In this document: piece after piece, positions 11,262 to 19,721 of the stretch | How the letters are laid out: every line of letters starts with the position of its first letter | Numbering within the stretch: the stretch's first letter is position 1 | NCBI GenBank assembly: GCA_963663805.2 | Contig: CAXXMR010000012.1 | Span: 1 to 64,000 of the forward strand | DNA: 64,000 nucleotides | Reading direction: 5' to 3' | From: Sedimentisphaerales bacterium | GTDB taxonomy: Bacteria; Planctomycetota; Phycisphaerae; Sedimentisphaerales; SM23-30 | Program-made: the position numbers and the translations under genes | The notes under the pieces: generated by a model | What the model saw: only the letters and a program-made list of their open reading frames with translations | What the model was told of the DNA's origin: nothing | Database searches by the model: none

Positions 11262-11490
11262 ATAGAAATTTTTTAGAGTTTTTTTGAATTTTCCACCCCT
11301 AAAAACCCCGCTACAAAGCATAAGTTATTAAAAAATAACAACTTACAGAAATAAACCTCCCGCCCCAAAACCTACTAACCCCAATAGGACATTACCAAAC
11401 AAAAGGCCCCACAAATCCCCCCGCGCAATTAATGCGCCCCAACCCGCAATAGTTGCCAAACAAATGGCCCGCTCAAATCCCGCCAACAAC

Positions 11491-11944
11491 AACAGAAGCC
11501 GAGCCGCGTAAGCGGCCGGATCGAACACCAAAACGCGAGGTGATGGAGCCAGTCAATAACATGCTTACCAACCAGGAAAGCGACCAACGGAAGCGCCAAA
11601 TACGACAAATGCCCACGGCGATCAATCAGTGCGATACGCACAAACAGAAGCCGAGCCGCGTAAGCGGCCGGATCGAACATCAAAACGCGAGGTGATGGAG
11701 CCAGTCAATAACATGCTTACCAACCAGGAAAGCGACCAACGGAAGCGCCAAATACGACAAATGCCCACGGCGATCAATCAGTGCGATACGCACAAACAGA
11801 AGCCGAGCCGCGTAAGCGGCCGGATCGAACATCAAAACGCGAGGTGATGGAGCCAGTCAATAACATGCTTGCCAACCAGGAAAGCGACCAACGGAAGCGC
11901 CAAATACGACAAACGACCACGGCGATCAACCAGTGCGATACGCA
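11491..11944. repeat. Tandem array of three near-identical 152-bp units
   Basis: Units start at 11491, 11643 and 11795; each has a CCGCGTAAGCGG palindrome; few substitutions. Confidence 0.97.
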
Positions 11945-11945
11945 A

Positions 11946-12030
11946 CCCTGCCGAAGGCAGGCACCTCGCCGTTACCCTCATCCCTCTTGCCTCTTGCCTT
12001 CTTCGAAGCCGTTCACTAACGCCTCATGCC
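11946..12030. repeat. REP-like hairpin plus heptamer repeats
   Basis: CCTGCCGAAGGCAGGCACCTCGCCGTT followed by CTCTTGC/CTCATGC-like heptamers. Confidence 0.8.
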
Positions 12031-12726
12031 CTCCGTCAAAATCTGTCTAATCCCCTTACCTCCCAAATCCAGCATCTTATCAAGTTCCTCCCGACTAAAA
12101 GTCCCCTGCTCGCCCGTCCCCTGAAGCTCCACAAACCGCCCCTTATCCGTCATCGCCAGATTCATATCAACTTCCGCCCTGCTATCCAGCTCATAATCCA
12201 GATCCAGCACCACCTTACCATCAACCACCCCCACGCTAACCGCCCCCACCGCTCCGATGATCGGATTTTCCGTGAGAATACCGTCTTTCAGTGCCTTTTT
12301 AACCGCCTCCACCAACGCTACATACCCACCGTTAATCGAAGCCGTCCGCGTCCCCCCATCCGCCTGCAATACATCGCAATCTATATATATCGTATTCTCA
12401 CCCAGCTTCTCAAAATCCACCACACTCCGCAATACCCGCCCAATCAACCGCTGAATCTCCGTCCCTCTGCTGTCAGCGATACCAATCTTAGTACGCCCCT
12501 TCCGTGGACTCGTCGAACCCGGCAGCATATTATATTCCGCCGTAACCCACCCCTTACCGCTATCTTTACGCCAGCCTGGCACCCCCTGCTCAAAACTCGC
12601 CGTACAAAGCACCCGCGTCCGACCCATCTCAAACAGAACCGAACCCGCCGATACATCCGTAAAACCGCGCGTTATCTTAATCTCCCGCAACTGATTCACC
12701 CGCCGCTTCTGAGCCTTCTTAGCCAT
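12016..12726 (-). CDS. rph: Ribonuclease PH
   Basis: GWVTAEYNMLPGST, EIQRLIGRVLR, DVLQADGGTRTASING. Confidence 0.98.
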   Translation of the reverse strand: MAKKAQKRRVNQLREIKITRGFTDVSAGSVLFEMGRTRVLCTASFEQGVPGWRKDSGKGWVTAEYNMLPGSTSPRKGRTKIGIADSRGTEIQRLIGRVLRSVVDFEKLGENTIYIDCDVLQADGGTRTASINGGYVALVEAVKKALKDGILTENPIIGAVGAVSVGVVDGKVVLDLDYELDSRAEVDMNLAMTDKGRFVELQGTGEQGTFSREELDKMLDLGGKGIRQILTEGMRR

Positions 12727-12735
12727 CAAACCAAC

Positions 12736-12895
12736 CTTTCAGAGCCGCGCACGTCAGTAAGCGGCCAAGCCACCACACATTTCAGAGCCACGCACGTTAG
12801 TAAGCGGTTGCGGTTGCCGTTGCCGTTAAATAAAAATCTCGACCGCAGGTCGAAACCAAGCCGTTCACTCATGCCTCATGCCTCATGCCTTCTTC
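12736..12895. repeat. Cluster of REP-like palindromes
   Basis: AGAGCC(G/A)CGCACGT(C/T)AGTAAGCGG at 12741 and 12784, TCGACCGCAGGTCGAAACCAAGCCGTT at 12839, CTCATGC heptamers. Confidence 0.85.
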
Positions 12896-13825
12896 CGTGC
12901 CTTCTTCCAACAAATACTTCATCAAAAACCGCTGGAAGTGCAGCCGATTCTCCGCCTGGTCAAACACAATACTCTGCGGCCCTTCCATAACCTCATTGGT
13001 AATTTCCAAACCGCGATACGCCGGCAGACAGTGCATCACCTTCGCACCCGCCGCCGCGACCTTCAGAAGCTCATCATTTATCTGATAGCCCTTGAAATTC
13101 GCCATCCGCTGATGTTTTTCTTCTTCCTGACCCATACTCGTCCACGTATCGGTATAGACAATATCCGCATCCTGCGCCGCTTCCGCCGGACTCTGCGTCG
13201 TAATTAAATTACTCCCATCACCCAACTTCTTCAGAAACTCAACCGACTCTTTCGGCAACGCGTAAGCTGCCGGAGCAGCTATCGAAAACGCCAGACCCAA
13301 ACGCATACATGCCGCCGCCAGCGAATATGCCATGTTATTCCCGTCCCCAATAAACGCCAATTTGAGACCTTCCAGCCGACCAAAATGCTCACGTATCGTC
13401 AGCATATCAGCCATCGCCTGACAAGGATGACATTTCTCCGTCAGAGCATTAATCACCGGCATCTTCGCGTAATGTGCCAGCTCAATCACCGAGCTATGCT
13501 CAAACGTCCGCGCCACAATCAAATCCACATAACCGTTTAGCACCCGCGTCAAATCGCTAATCGGCTCACGCTGCCCCAGCCCGCCTATATCTTCAGGCCG
13601 AAGATAAACCGCCGAACCGCCCAGCTGCGTCATCCCCACCTCAAAGCTCACTCGCGTCCGGCTGCTCGGCTTCTCAAACAGCATAACCATCGTCTTACCG
13701 CTCAGACACAAATCCCGCCCACCCTCTTTATAGAGCTTCTTCTGAGCCGCCGCCATATCCAGCAATTCCCGCAGTTCAGCACTGCTGTAATCCGCTAATT
13801 CCAAAAAATGTTTTATCATAGTCAC
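12869..13825 (-). CDS. argF: Ornithine carbamoyltransferase
   Basis: FEKPSSRTR, HPCQAMAD, SMGQE, MHCLPA, QAENRLH. Confidence 0.97.
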   Translation of the reverse strand: MTMIKHFLELADYSSAELRELLDMAAAQKKLYKEGGRDLCLSGKTMVMLFEKPSSRTRVSFEVGMTQLGGSAVYLRPEDIGGLGQREPISDLTRVLNGYVDLIVARTFEHSSVIELAHYAKMPVINALTEKCHPCQAMADMLTIREHFGRLEGLKLAFIGDGNNMAYSLAAACMRLGLAFSIAAPAAYALPKESVEFLKKLGDGSNLITTQSPAEAAQDADIVYTDTWTSMGQEEEKHQRMANFKGYQINDELLKVAAAGAKVMHCLPAYRGLEITNEVMEGPQSIVFDQAENRLHFQRFLMKYLLEEGTEEGMRHEA

Positions 13826-15015
13826 TCACCTGCCCCAAATACTTCGCCCATCGCCTCGTCCAGAATCCCCAACGCCGAATCGAGCAGTTCCTTATCAACA
13901 TTCATCGCCGGCATAAACCGCAGAACCGTATCCTGCGTGCAATTTATACGCAACCCCTTCGACCAGCACTTCTCCACAACCTTCCCGCCCGGCTCCGCCA
14001 ACTGAATCCCAATCATCAGCCCCACCCCCCGAACTTCTTCGATTGTCGGATGCTTCGCCGCCAGCTCACGCAGTCTACCTTGTGCATACTCACCCAACTC
14101 AACCGTCTTGGCCAGAAGATTTTCTTCTTCGATAGCTTCGATCGTCGCGATACTCGCCGCACACGCCAGCGGATTACCGCCAAACGTCGAAGCGTGCGTA
14201 CCCGGCACCAAAGACGCCGCCACATCCGGCTGAGCCATCATCGCACCAATCGCGACCCCACCGCCCAGACTCTTGGCCATCGTCATAATATCCGGCTCAA
14301 CACCCGCGTGCTGATAGCCAAACCATTTACCCGTCCGACCCATACCGCACTGCACTTCATCCCAGATCGCTACCGCACCGTATTCATCACACAACTCCCG
14401 AATCGTCCGCAGATAACTTTCACTCGCCGGCCGAATCCCGCCCTCACCCTGAATCGGCTCAACAATCACGCCCGCCACCTCATCATCAAAAGCATCCCGC
14501 AACGCCTGCTCATCATCAAAAGGAACATAAACAAAACCCGGCACCAGCGGATGAAATCCCTGATGATATTTCGGCTGAGCCGTCGCTGTTATCGCCGCCA
14601 TAGTCCTGCCGTGAAAACCACGCTCCGCCGAAATAATCTTGTACTTACCCTTAGCAGTATGCCGACGTGCCAATTTTAGAGCACCTTCAACCGCTTCAGC
14701 CCCGCTGTTGCAGAAGAAACACTTCCCACCAAACGCCCGCTCACTCAGCATCTGGGCCAACTCACCCTGCACCGGATTATAGAACGTATTGTCCATATGA
14801 ATCAGCTCACCCGCCTGCCGACGAATCGCCTCAACCACCTTCGGATGACAATGACCTATCCCGCTCACCGCCCAGCCCGGAAACATATCGATATACTCAC
14901 GACCCTCAACATCCCAGATCTTACTGCCCAACCCTTTGTTTATCACAAAAGGAAGCCGACCGTAATTAGCGATAACATACTTGTCAAACTGAGCCATTAT
15001 TTCCGCTGAATTCAT
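13822..15015 (-). CDS. argD: Acetylornithine aminotransferase
   Basis: NSGAEAVE, EPIQGEGG, DEVQCGMGRTG, AKSLGGG; between argB and argF. Confidence 0.95.
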   Translation of the reverse strand: MNSAEIMAQFDKYVIANYGRLPFVINKGLGSKIWDVEGREYIDMFPGWAVSGIGHCHPKVVEAIRRQAGELIHMDNTFYNPVQGELAQMLSERAFGGKCFFCNSGAEAVEGALKLARRHTAKGKYKIISAERGFHGRTMAAITATAQPKYHQGFHPLVPGFVYVPFDDEQALRDAFDDEVAGVIVEPIQGEGGIRPASESYLRTIRELCDEYGAVAIWDEVQCGMGRTGKWFGYQHAGVEPDIMTMAKSLGGGVAIGAMMAQPDVAASLVPGTHASTFGGNPLACAASIATIEAIEEENLLAKTVELGEYAQGRLRELAAKHPTIEEVRGVGLMIGIQLAEPGGKVVEKCWSKGLRINCTQDTVLRFMPAMNVDKELLDSALGILDEAMGEVFGAGE

Positions 15016-15039
15016 AATAATTCCTGTCTCTCAAAAAAC

Positions 15040-15298
15040 CAGATCGCCTAAGCAACCGGATAATAAAAAAAAATAACATCTCCTGCCCAAGGCAGGCACC
15101 TTGCCGTTAAATATTCAACTCTCGACCGCAGGTCGAAACCATGCCGTTAAATAAAAAAACTCCGACCAAAGGTCGCACCTCGCCGTTCACTTTTGCCTCT
15201 TTGCCTTATCCCTCTTGCCTGCCGTTAAAATAAACAAATCCGCCAAAGGCGGCACCGAGCCGTTACCCTCTTGCCTCTTGCCTAATGCCTCTTGCCTC
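15040..15298. repeat. Cluster of four hairpin-ACC-NN-GCCGTT repeats plus heptamers
   Basis: Copies at about 15082, 15122, 15162 and 15240; CTCTTGC tandems. Confidence 0.85.
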
Positions 15299-16174
15299 CT
15301 ACTTAGTAATAAGCGTCCCCACACCCTTATCAGTATAAATCTCCAACAGCAACGAATGAGCAAAACTGCCGTCAATAATATGGGTCCTGCCCGTCCCGCT
15401 GTGCAGCGCCTTCAAACACGCCTCAACCTTGGGCAGCATCCCGCCGCTGATTACCCCTTTAGCAATCAACTCCTGTACTTCTTTTTCGCTCAAACGGGAA
15501 TATTGAGTCGCCGGGTCTTTCGGATTCTCGAATATCCCATGCGTATCACTCATCATTACCAGCTTATCCGCCTGCACCGCCGCCGCCACCATCCCCGCTG
15601 CCGTATCGGCATTGACATTCAGCTTACCGCCAGCCCGATCCCGCGCTATCGGAGCGATAACCGGAATAATCCCCGAATTACAGATAATTTGCAGCAAATC
15701 ACCGTTGACATCCGTTACCTGCCCCACCAGCCCCACATCAAGCCGCCGACCGTTCTCACCCTCAAGCCGCATCTTCTCCGCATGAAGCACACAACTGCTC
15801 AAGGAGTGCAGCCCCATAGCATTAACCCCCAAATCCTGTATCGTCTTGACAATCTGCTTGTTAATCTGATTTACCAGCACATGCTCAGCTATCGCCAGAG
15901 TCCGCTCATCCGTATACCGCCGACCCTGCACAAACTGCGGCTCAATGCCCGCCTCTTTCATTGCATTACTGATACTCTTACCCCCCCCATGCACCAGGAT
16001 AGGCCGCATCCCCACCGTCGCCATAAAAACCACATCCGTCAGCAAATCCCGCTGACTATGGTCGTTCTCCATCAGCGAACCGCCCAGCTTAACAACCACA
16101 ATCCGGTTCTTAAACTGACGGATATAACTCAATGCCTCAATCAGGCCCGCCGCCTTATTTATCGCCTTATCCAT
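15299..16174 (-). CDS. argB: Acetylglutamate kinase
   Basis: VVKLGGS, LVHGGG, NVNADTAA, GGMLPK. Confidence 0.97.
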   Translation of the reverse strand: MDKAINKAAGLIEALSYIRQFKNRIVVVKLGGSLMENDHSQRDLLTDVVFMATVGMRPILVHGGGKSISNAMKEAGIEPQFVQGRRYTDERTLAIAEHVLVNQINKQIVKTIQDLGVNAMGLHSLSSCVLHAEKMRLEGENGRRLDVGLVGQVTDVNGDLLQIICNSGIIPVIAPIARDRAGGKLNVNADTAAGMVAAAVQADKLVMMSDTHGIFENPKDPATQYSRLSEKEVQELIAKGVISGGMLPKVEACLKALHSGTGRTHIIDGSFAHSLLLEIYTDKGVGTLITK

Positions 16175-16319
16175 TTTTCGGTTCTCCCATTTCAGGAAAA
16201 CCGTTTAAACTACCCCAATTACCCCCAAACCGTCAAGAAAATTCAAGTCGCACACCCCCCCAAAAAAAAACGTCCCGCCCGTCCAGGAAGTCCACAATAT
16301 CCCTTCCGTCCACAAATTC

Positions 16320-16613
16320 TCCGCCGTTAAAGACCCCAAAAGGGTCGAAAGAATGCCGAAGCCGAACTGCATAAGTAGCCGGATACGGCCGCCAGACACC
16401 TCGCCGTTTACTCATCCCCCCTGCTTTTTCCCCTCCTTTCAGAGCCGCGAACGTCAGTAAGCGGTATGTTAATTCACCCCGCCAGAGCCACCGCACGTTT
16501 CAGAGCCGCGAACGTCAGTAAGAGGTTGCCGTTGTCGTCAAATAAAACCCCTCCGCCAAAGGCCGAAACCTCGCCGTTCACTCCTGCCTCACGCCTTCCC
16601 CTTCTGCCTGCCG
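16320..16613. repeat. Cluster of REP-like palindromes
   Basis: AGAGCCGCGAACGTCAGTAAG(C/A)GG at 16441 and 16502; GACCCCAAAAGGGTC hairpin near 16332; hairpin-GCCGTT copy near 16553. Confidence 0.85.
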
Positions 16614-17276
16614 TTATAACCCCTCAAAATCCCCAAACAAAACCGGAATCCTGCCCATAATATCATCCAAAATCATCCCCGCCACCTCCCGCATCTGCGG
16701 ATGGGCAGCCCGATCACATCTCAGCCGCAAAAACTGCCGCCACTGCCGTAAATTACCCGTAATAATAATTTCCGTCTTAAGAGAATTAGGCAGCACCGAC
16801 CGAGCCTGCTGGGCCTGCCAGCCCCCCGTCAGCAAATCCAGATAAGCACGCTCCTGAACCAGCATATTCCGCAGCCATATCAGCCGCGGGTCATCATCAC
16901 CCCAAGCGCCATACTGCTCACCCAAACTCTCAGCCGTCAGTTCCCCTTCCGCAATCCCCGGCATCCACGAGGGGATAATATACGCCACCCCGCCCTTATA
17001 ATTGCAATAGCGGGTCGATTCCTGAGCAAAGCTGAACAGCCGATGCCGAACAATCTCATGTGTCACCCCCCGGTCACAAATCACCCGGTAAGAGGCCGAA
17101 ACATGCTCAACCATAGCCTCATGCCCTCTATTTACGAGCATTTCCACAAAACGAGCCGAGGATTCCCCCGTAATCTTATCTTCACTTTTATAGCATGTCC
17201 GCCCCGCCCGCTCAATCACTTCCAGCGGACTCTCCGTAGCCCAAATATATTCTATAGAAGGCTTCACAAGCCGCAT
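16614..17276 (-). CDS. thyX: FAD-dependent thymidylate synthase
   Basis: THEIVRHRLFSFAQESTRY (RHR-X7-S motif), ARSVLPN, AHPQMR. Confidence 0.96.
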   Translation of the reverse strand: MRLVKPSIEYIWATESPLEVIERAGRTCYKSEDKITGESSARFVEMLVNRGHEAMVEHVSASYRVICDRGVTHEIVRHRLFSFAQESTRYCNYKGGVAYIIPSWMPGIAEGELTAESLGEQYGAWGDDDPRLIWLRNMLVQERAYLDLLTGGWQAQQARSVLPNSLKTEIIITGNLRQWRQFLRLRCDRAAHPQMREVAGMILDDIMGRIPVLFGDFEGL

Positions 17277-17285
17277 AATCACCTG

Positions 17286-17726
17286 CTATTCGTTTTCCAG
17301 TTCCATAACTTTATTGATACGCCTTTCGTGACGGCCACCCTCAAACTCTGTACTGAGCCAGGTTTCAATAATACGATTAATGAGAGTATCATTAATAAGC
17401 ATCGCCGGCAGACACAAAACATTGGCGTTATTGTGCTTACGTGACATCTGGGTCATCAGCTCGTCATGGCACAGAGCCGCCCGAATGCCTTTGACTTTAT
17501 TAGCAGCGATGGACATGCCGATACCACTGCCGCAAATCAGAATCGCCGAATCAGCCTCCCCCTTAGCCACCGCCTGAGAAGCCGGAATAGCCGAATCTGT
17601 ATAATCACAACTTTTGGTATCATTAGTACCAAAATCAAGTACTTCATTGCCGCTACGCTGCAAAATGCTCTTGATAAGTTCTTTGGCTTCGTATCCTCTG
17701 TGGTCTGAACCGACGGCTATCTTCAT
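17286..17726 (-). CDS. rpiB: Ribose-5-phosphate isomerase B
   Basis: GSDHRG, ICGSGIGMSIAANK, HNNANVL, FEGGRHERR. Confidence 0.97.
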   Translation of the reverse strand: MKIAVGSDHRGYEAKELIKSILQRSGNEVLDFGTNDTKSCDYTDSAIPASQAVAKGEADSAILICGSGIGMSIAANKVKGIRAALCHDELMTQMSRKHNNANVLCLPAMLINDTLINRIIETWLSTEFEGGRHERRINKVMELENE

Positions 17727-17788
17727 GTGACATCAATCCTTATAAACATTCCCGCTTTTTGCCGGGGCCAATATTATTCAGTCGGAAT

Positions 17789-18922
17789 TCAAATTCCGGC
17801 GTCTATCAATTTGTCAAGCTGTGCCCTCAAATGCTCGTCAATCTGGCGGGCACATTTATCGTAAGTGTCCTGGTCCATCCCCACCGGGTCAGCCACCTCC
17901 TCGGTGCCGCCCAGCATGAATGTCTTGTTCTCCGCGTAGGGATCCATCTCCAAGACAGCCCGGTAATGGCCCTGCCCCATAGTGTAAATTACGTCTGCCT
18001 GATGGACAAGTTCGGGGGTCAATCCCTGGGAACGATGCCGGGCAATATCAACGCCCATTTCCCGACAGGACTGAACCGCTTCCAAAGTCGCTGGCGCCCT
18101 GCCAAAACCTATCAAACCCGCAGAGAAGACCTTATATCCTTTTGTGTTCAATTCGTCAATAGAACAGACCAGTTTTTCAGTAAGTCTCAGGCGGCATAAT
18201 CCTTCAGCCATGGGGCTGCGGCAGGTGTTACCAGTACAAACAAACATAATATTTACCTGACGGAGCCGGTCGATGGCCGCCTGCGACATAGCACCCGGAC
18301 GGATAATACTATAACTATCGCCCTGAAACTTAATTATAGTCGATGCCTGACCGTGTCGGGTCGGTCCGTTATCCAGAACAAGGTCGATTTTTCCGTCGAG
18401 CTGGTCAAGTACCTCCTGGGCCGACGTAGGGCTGGGCTGGTCAGAAATATTGGCACTGGGCGCGACAATCGGTTCATCAATAGCCGAAAGAAATGCCTTA
18501 GCTAGAGGCTCATCGGGCAATCTCATGCCAATACAGGAGTTATGATAAAGATTGGCGAAAGTATCAGAGTTCAATTTTTGGGTTACGATAGATTCCTGAC
18601 GGGACGAAAGCTGAAAAATCCCCGTCAGCGGGCCGGGCCAGGCTTTCTGGAACAGGAAATAATCAACAAGCGGCAAACCCGGCACATAGCGTCTCAGGTC
18701 AGATTTTCTACCGACATGGAGAGTATAGGGCTTGCCCGCGGGTCGATTCTTAACTTCGTTAAGCTTTTCTATAGCATGAGTTAGGTCAGCACGGGCCGCC
18801 AAACCATAAACCGTCTCGGTAGGAAAAGCCACCAGACCGCCCCGAGCCAAAACCGCAACCGCTTCTGACACAGCCCAGTCGTAGGTCTCGTCCGTAGTTA
18901 TAGTGATAACCCTGGTGGTCAT
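17789..18922 (-). CDS. Sua5/TsaC threonylcarbamoyl-AMP synthase fused to a low-molecular-weight protein phosphatase
   Basis: FPTETVYGL, WPGPLT, APSANIS (YrdC/Sua5), then FVCTGNTCRSPMAE and VADPVG (LMW-PTP). Confidence 0.92.
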   Translation of the reverse strand: MTTRVITITTDETYDWAVSEAVAVLARGGLVAFPTETVYGLAARADLTHAIEKLNEVKNRPAGKPYTLHVGRKSDLRRYVPGLPLVDYFLFQKAWPGPLTGIFQLSSRQESIVTQKLNSDTFANLYHNSCIGMRLPDEPLAKAFLSAIDEPIVAPSANISDQPSPTSAQEVLDQLDGKIDLVLDNGPTRHGQASTIIKFQGDSYSIIRPGAMSQAAIDRLRQVNIMFVCTGNTCRSPMAEGLCRLRLTEKLVCSIDELNTKGYKVFSAGLIGFGRAPATLEAVQSCREMGVDIARHRSQGLTPELVHQADVIYTMGQGHYRAVLEMDPYAENKTFMLGGTEEVADPVGMDQDTYDKCARQIDEHLRAQLDKLIDAGI

Positions 18923-19106
18923 TTTTGAAAGCCTTTGCCGCCCGGAAGTGTTTTTTTTCGCCAGGATGCCTCGTTCCAACTTGTTGTTAATGGGGAAGTT
19001 ATTATAAGAGGAGGGTAATGTCAAGTAATTCTGATTGTGGAACAGGAATTAAGGGTTCCCTTAAATGTGCTGGCCAAAAATAGCTTTTGTTATTATAGAG
19101 TATTGT

Positions 19107-19718
19107 ATGATAGACAGTTACGAACATAAATACCCTGAACCGATTACCCCGGCGGAACTGGAAAAGCTCGGCCTAATCGACGACCTCACCCAAACGGGCA
19201 GACCTAGAAAACCCAAAAAATTCCGATTTGAGCTTTTGAGCGACTGGATTTTGGCCAACTTCCCGCCCTGCCAAACCGCCGATGTGGGAGGCGGCAAGGG
19301 GCTGCTCAGCTATCTGCTGAATGAGAATGGTTTTACCGCCACTGTAATTGACCCGGTCCATCAGGAATTACCGGAAAAATATAAAAATCTCACCGACGGA
19401 AAAAGAATAAAAATCAGCCCTGACAAAAAGGTTCCCCGCCTGAGCCAACCTTTCAATATTAAAATGGGCGAAAATTTCGATTTGCTGGTCGGCGTCCACG
19501 CCCACGGCTGTAATATGATGATAATAGACGCCGCCGCCAAATATCATCGTAATTTCGTACTCCTGCCCTGCTGCGTTATTGACGAACCCCAAACTCCGCC
19601 CCCCGGCCAACACTGGTTCAAATGGCTGGTCAAATACGCCCAAAAACGCGGTTTAGAAGTCGGGTTTTTCATGCTGAACTTCAAAGGTCAGAACGTCGGC
19701 ATTTACTGTCGGCAATAG
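19107..19718 (+). CDS. Putative SAM-dependent methyltransferase-like protein
   Basis: ADVGGGKG motif I, GVHAHGC, LLPCCV. Confidence 0.6.
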   Translation: MIDSYEHKYPEPITPAELEKLGLIDDLTQTGRPRKPKKFRFELLSDWILANFPPCQTADVGGGKGLLSYLLNENGFTATVIDPVHQELPEKYKNLTDGKRIKISPDKKVPRLSQPFNIKMGENFDLLVGVHAHGCNMMIIDAAAKYHRNFVLLPCCVIDEPQTPPPGQHWFKWLVKYAQKRGLEVGFFMLNFKGQNVGIYCRQ

Positions 19719-19721
19719 CTA

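Noticed and set aside
11491..11944. CRISPR array
   Set aside because: Whole 152-bp units are near-identical, there are no unique spacers and no cas genes
11869..12990. 373-aa + strand ORF (likewise 15215-16330 and 37763-38845)
   Set aside because: Antisense shadows of rph, argB and glgP caused by strand-biased codon usage
15082..15187. Mini-CRISPR (three repeats at 40-bp period)
   Set aside because: Repeat stems vary, spacers are only about 13 bp, and the same motif is dispersed elsewhere
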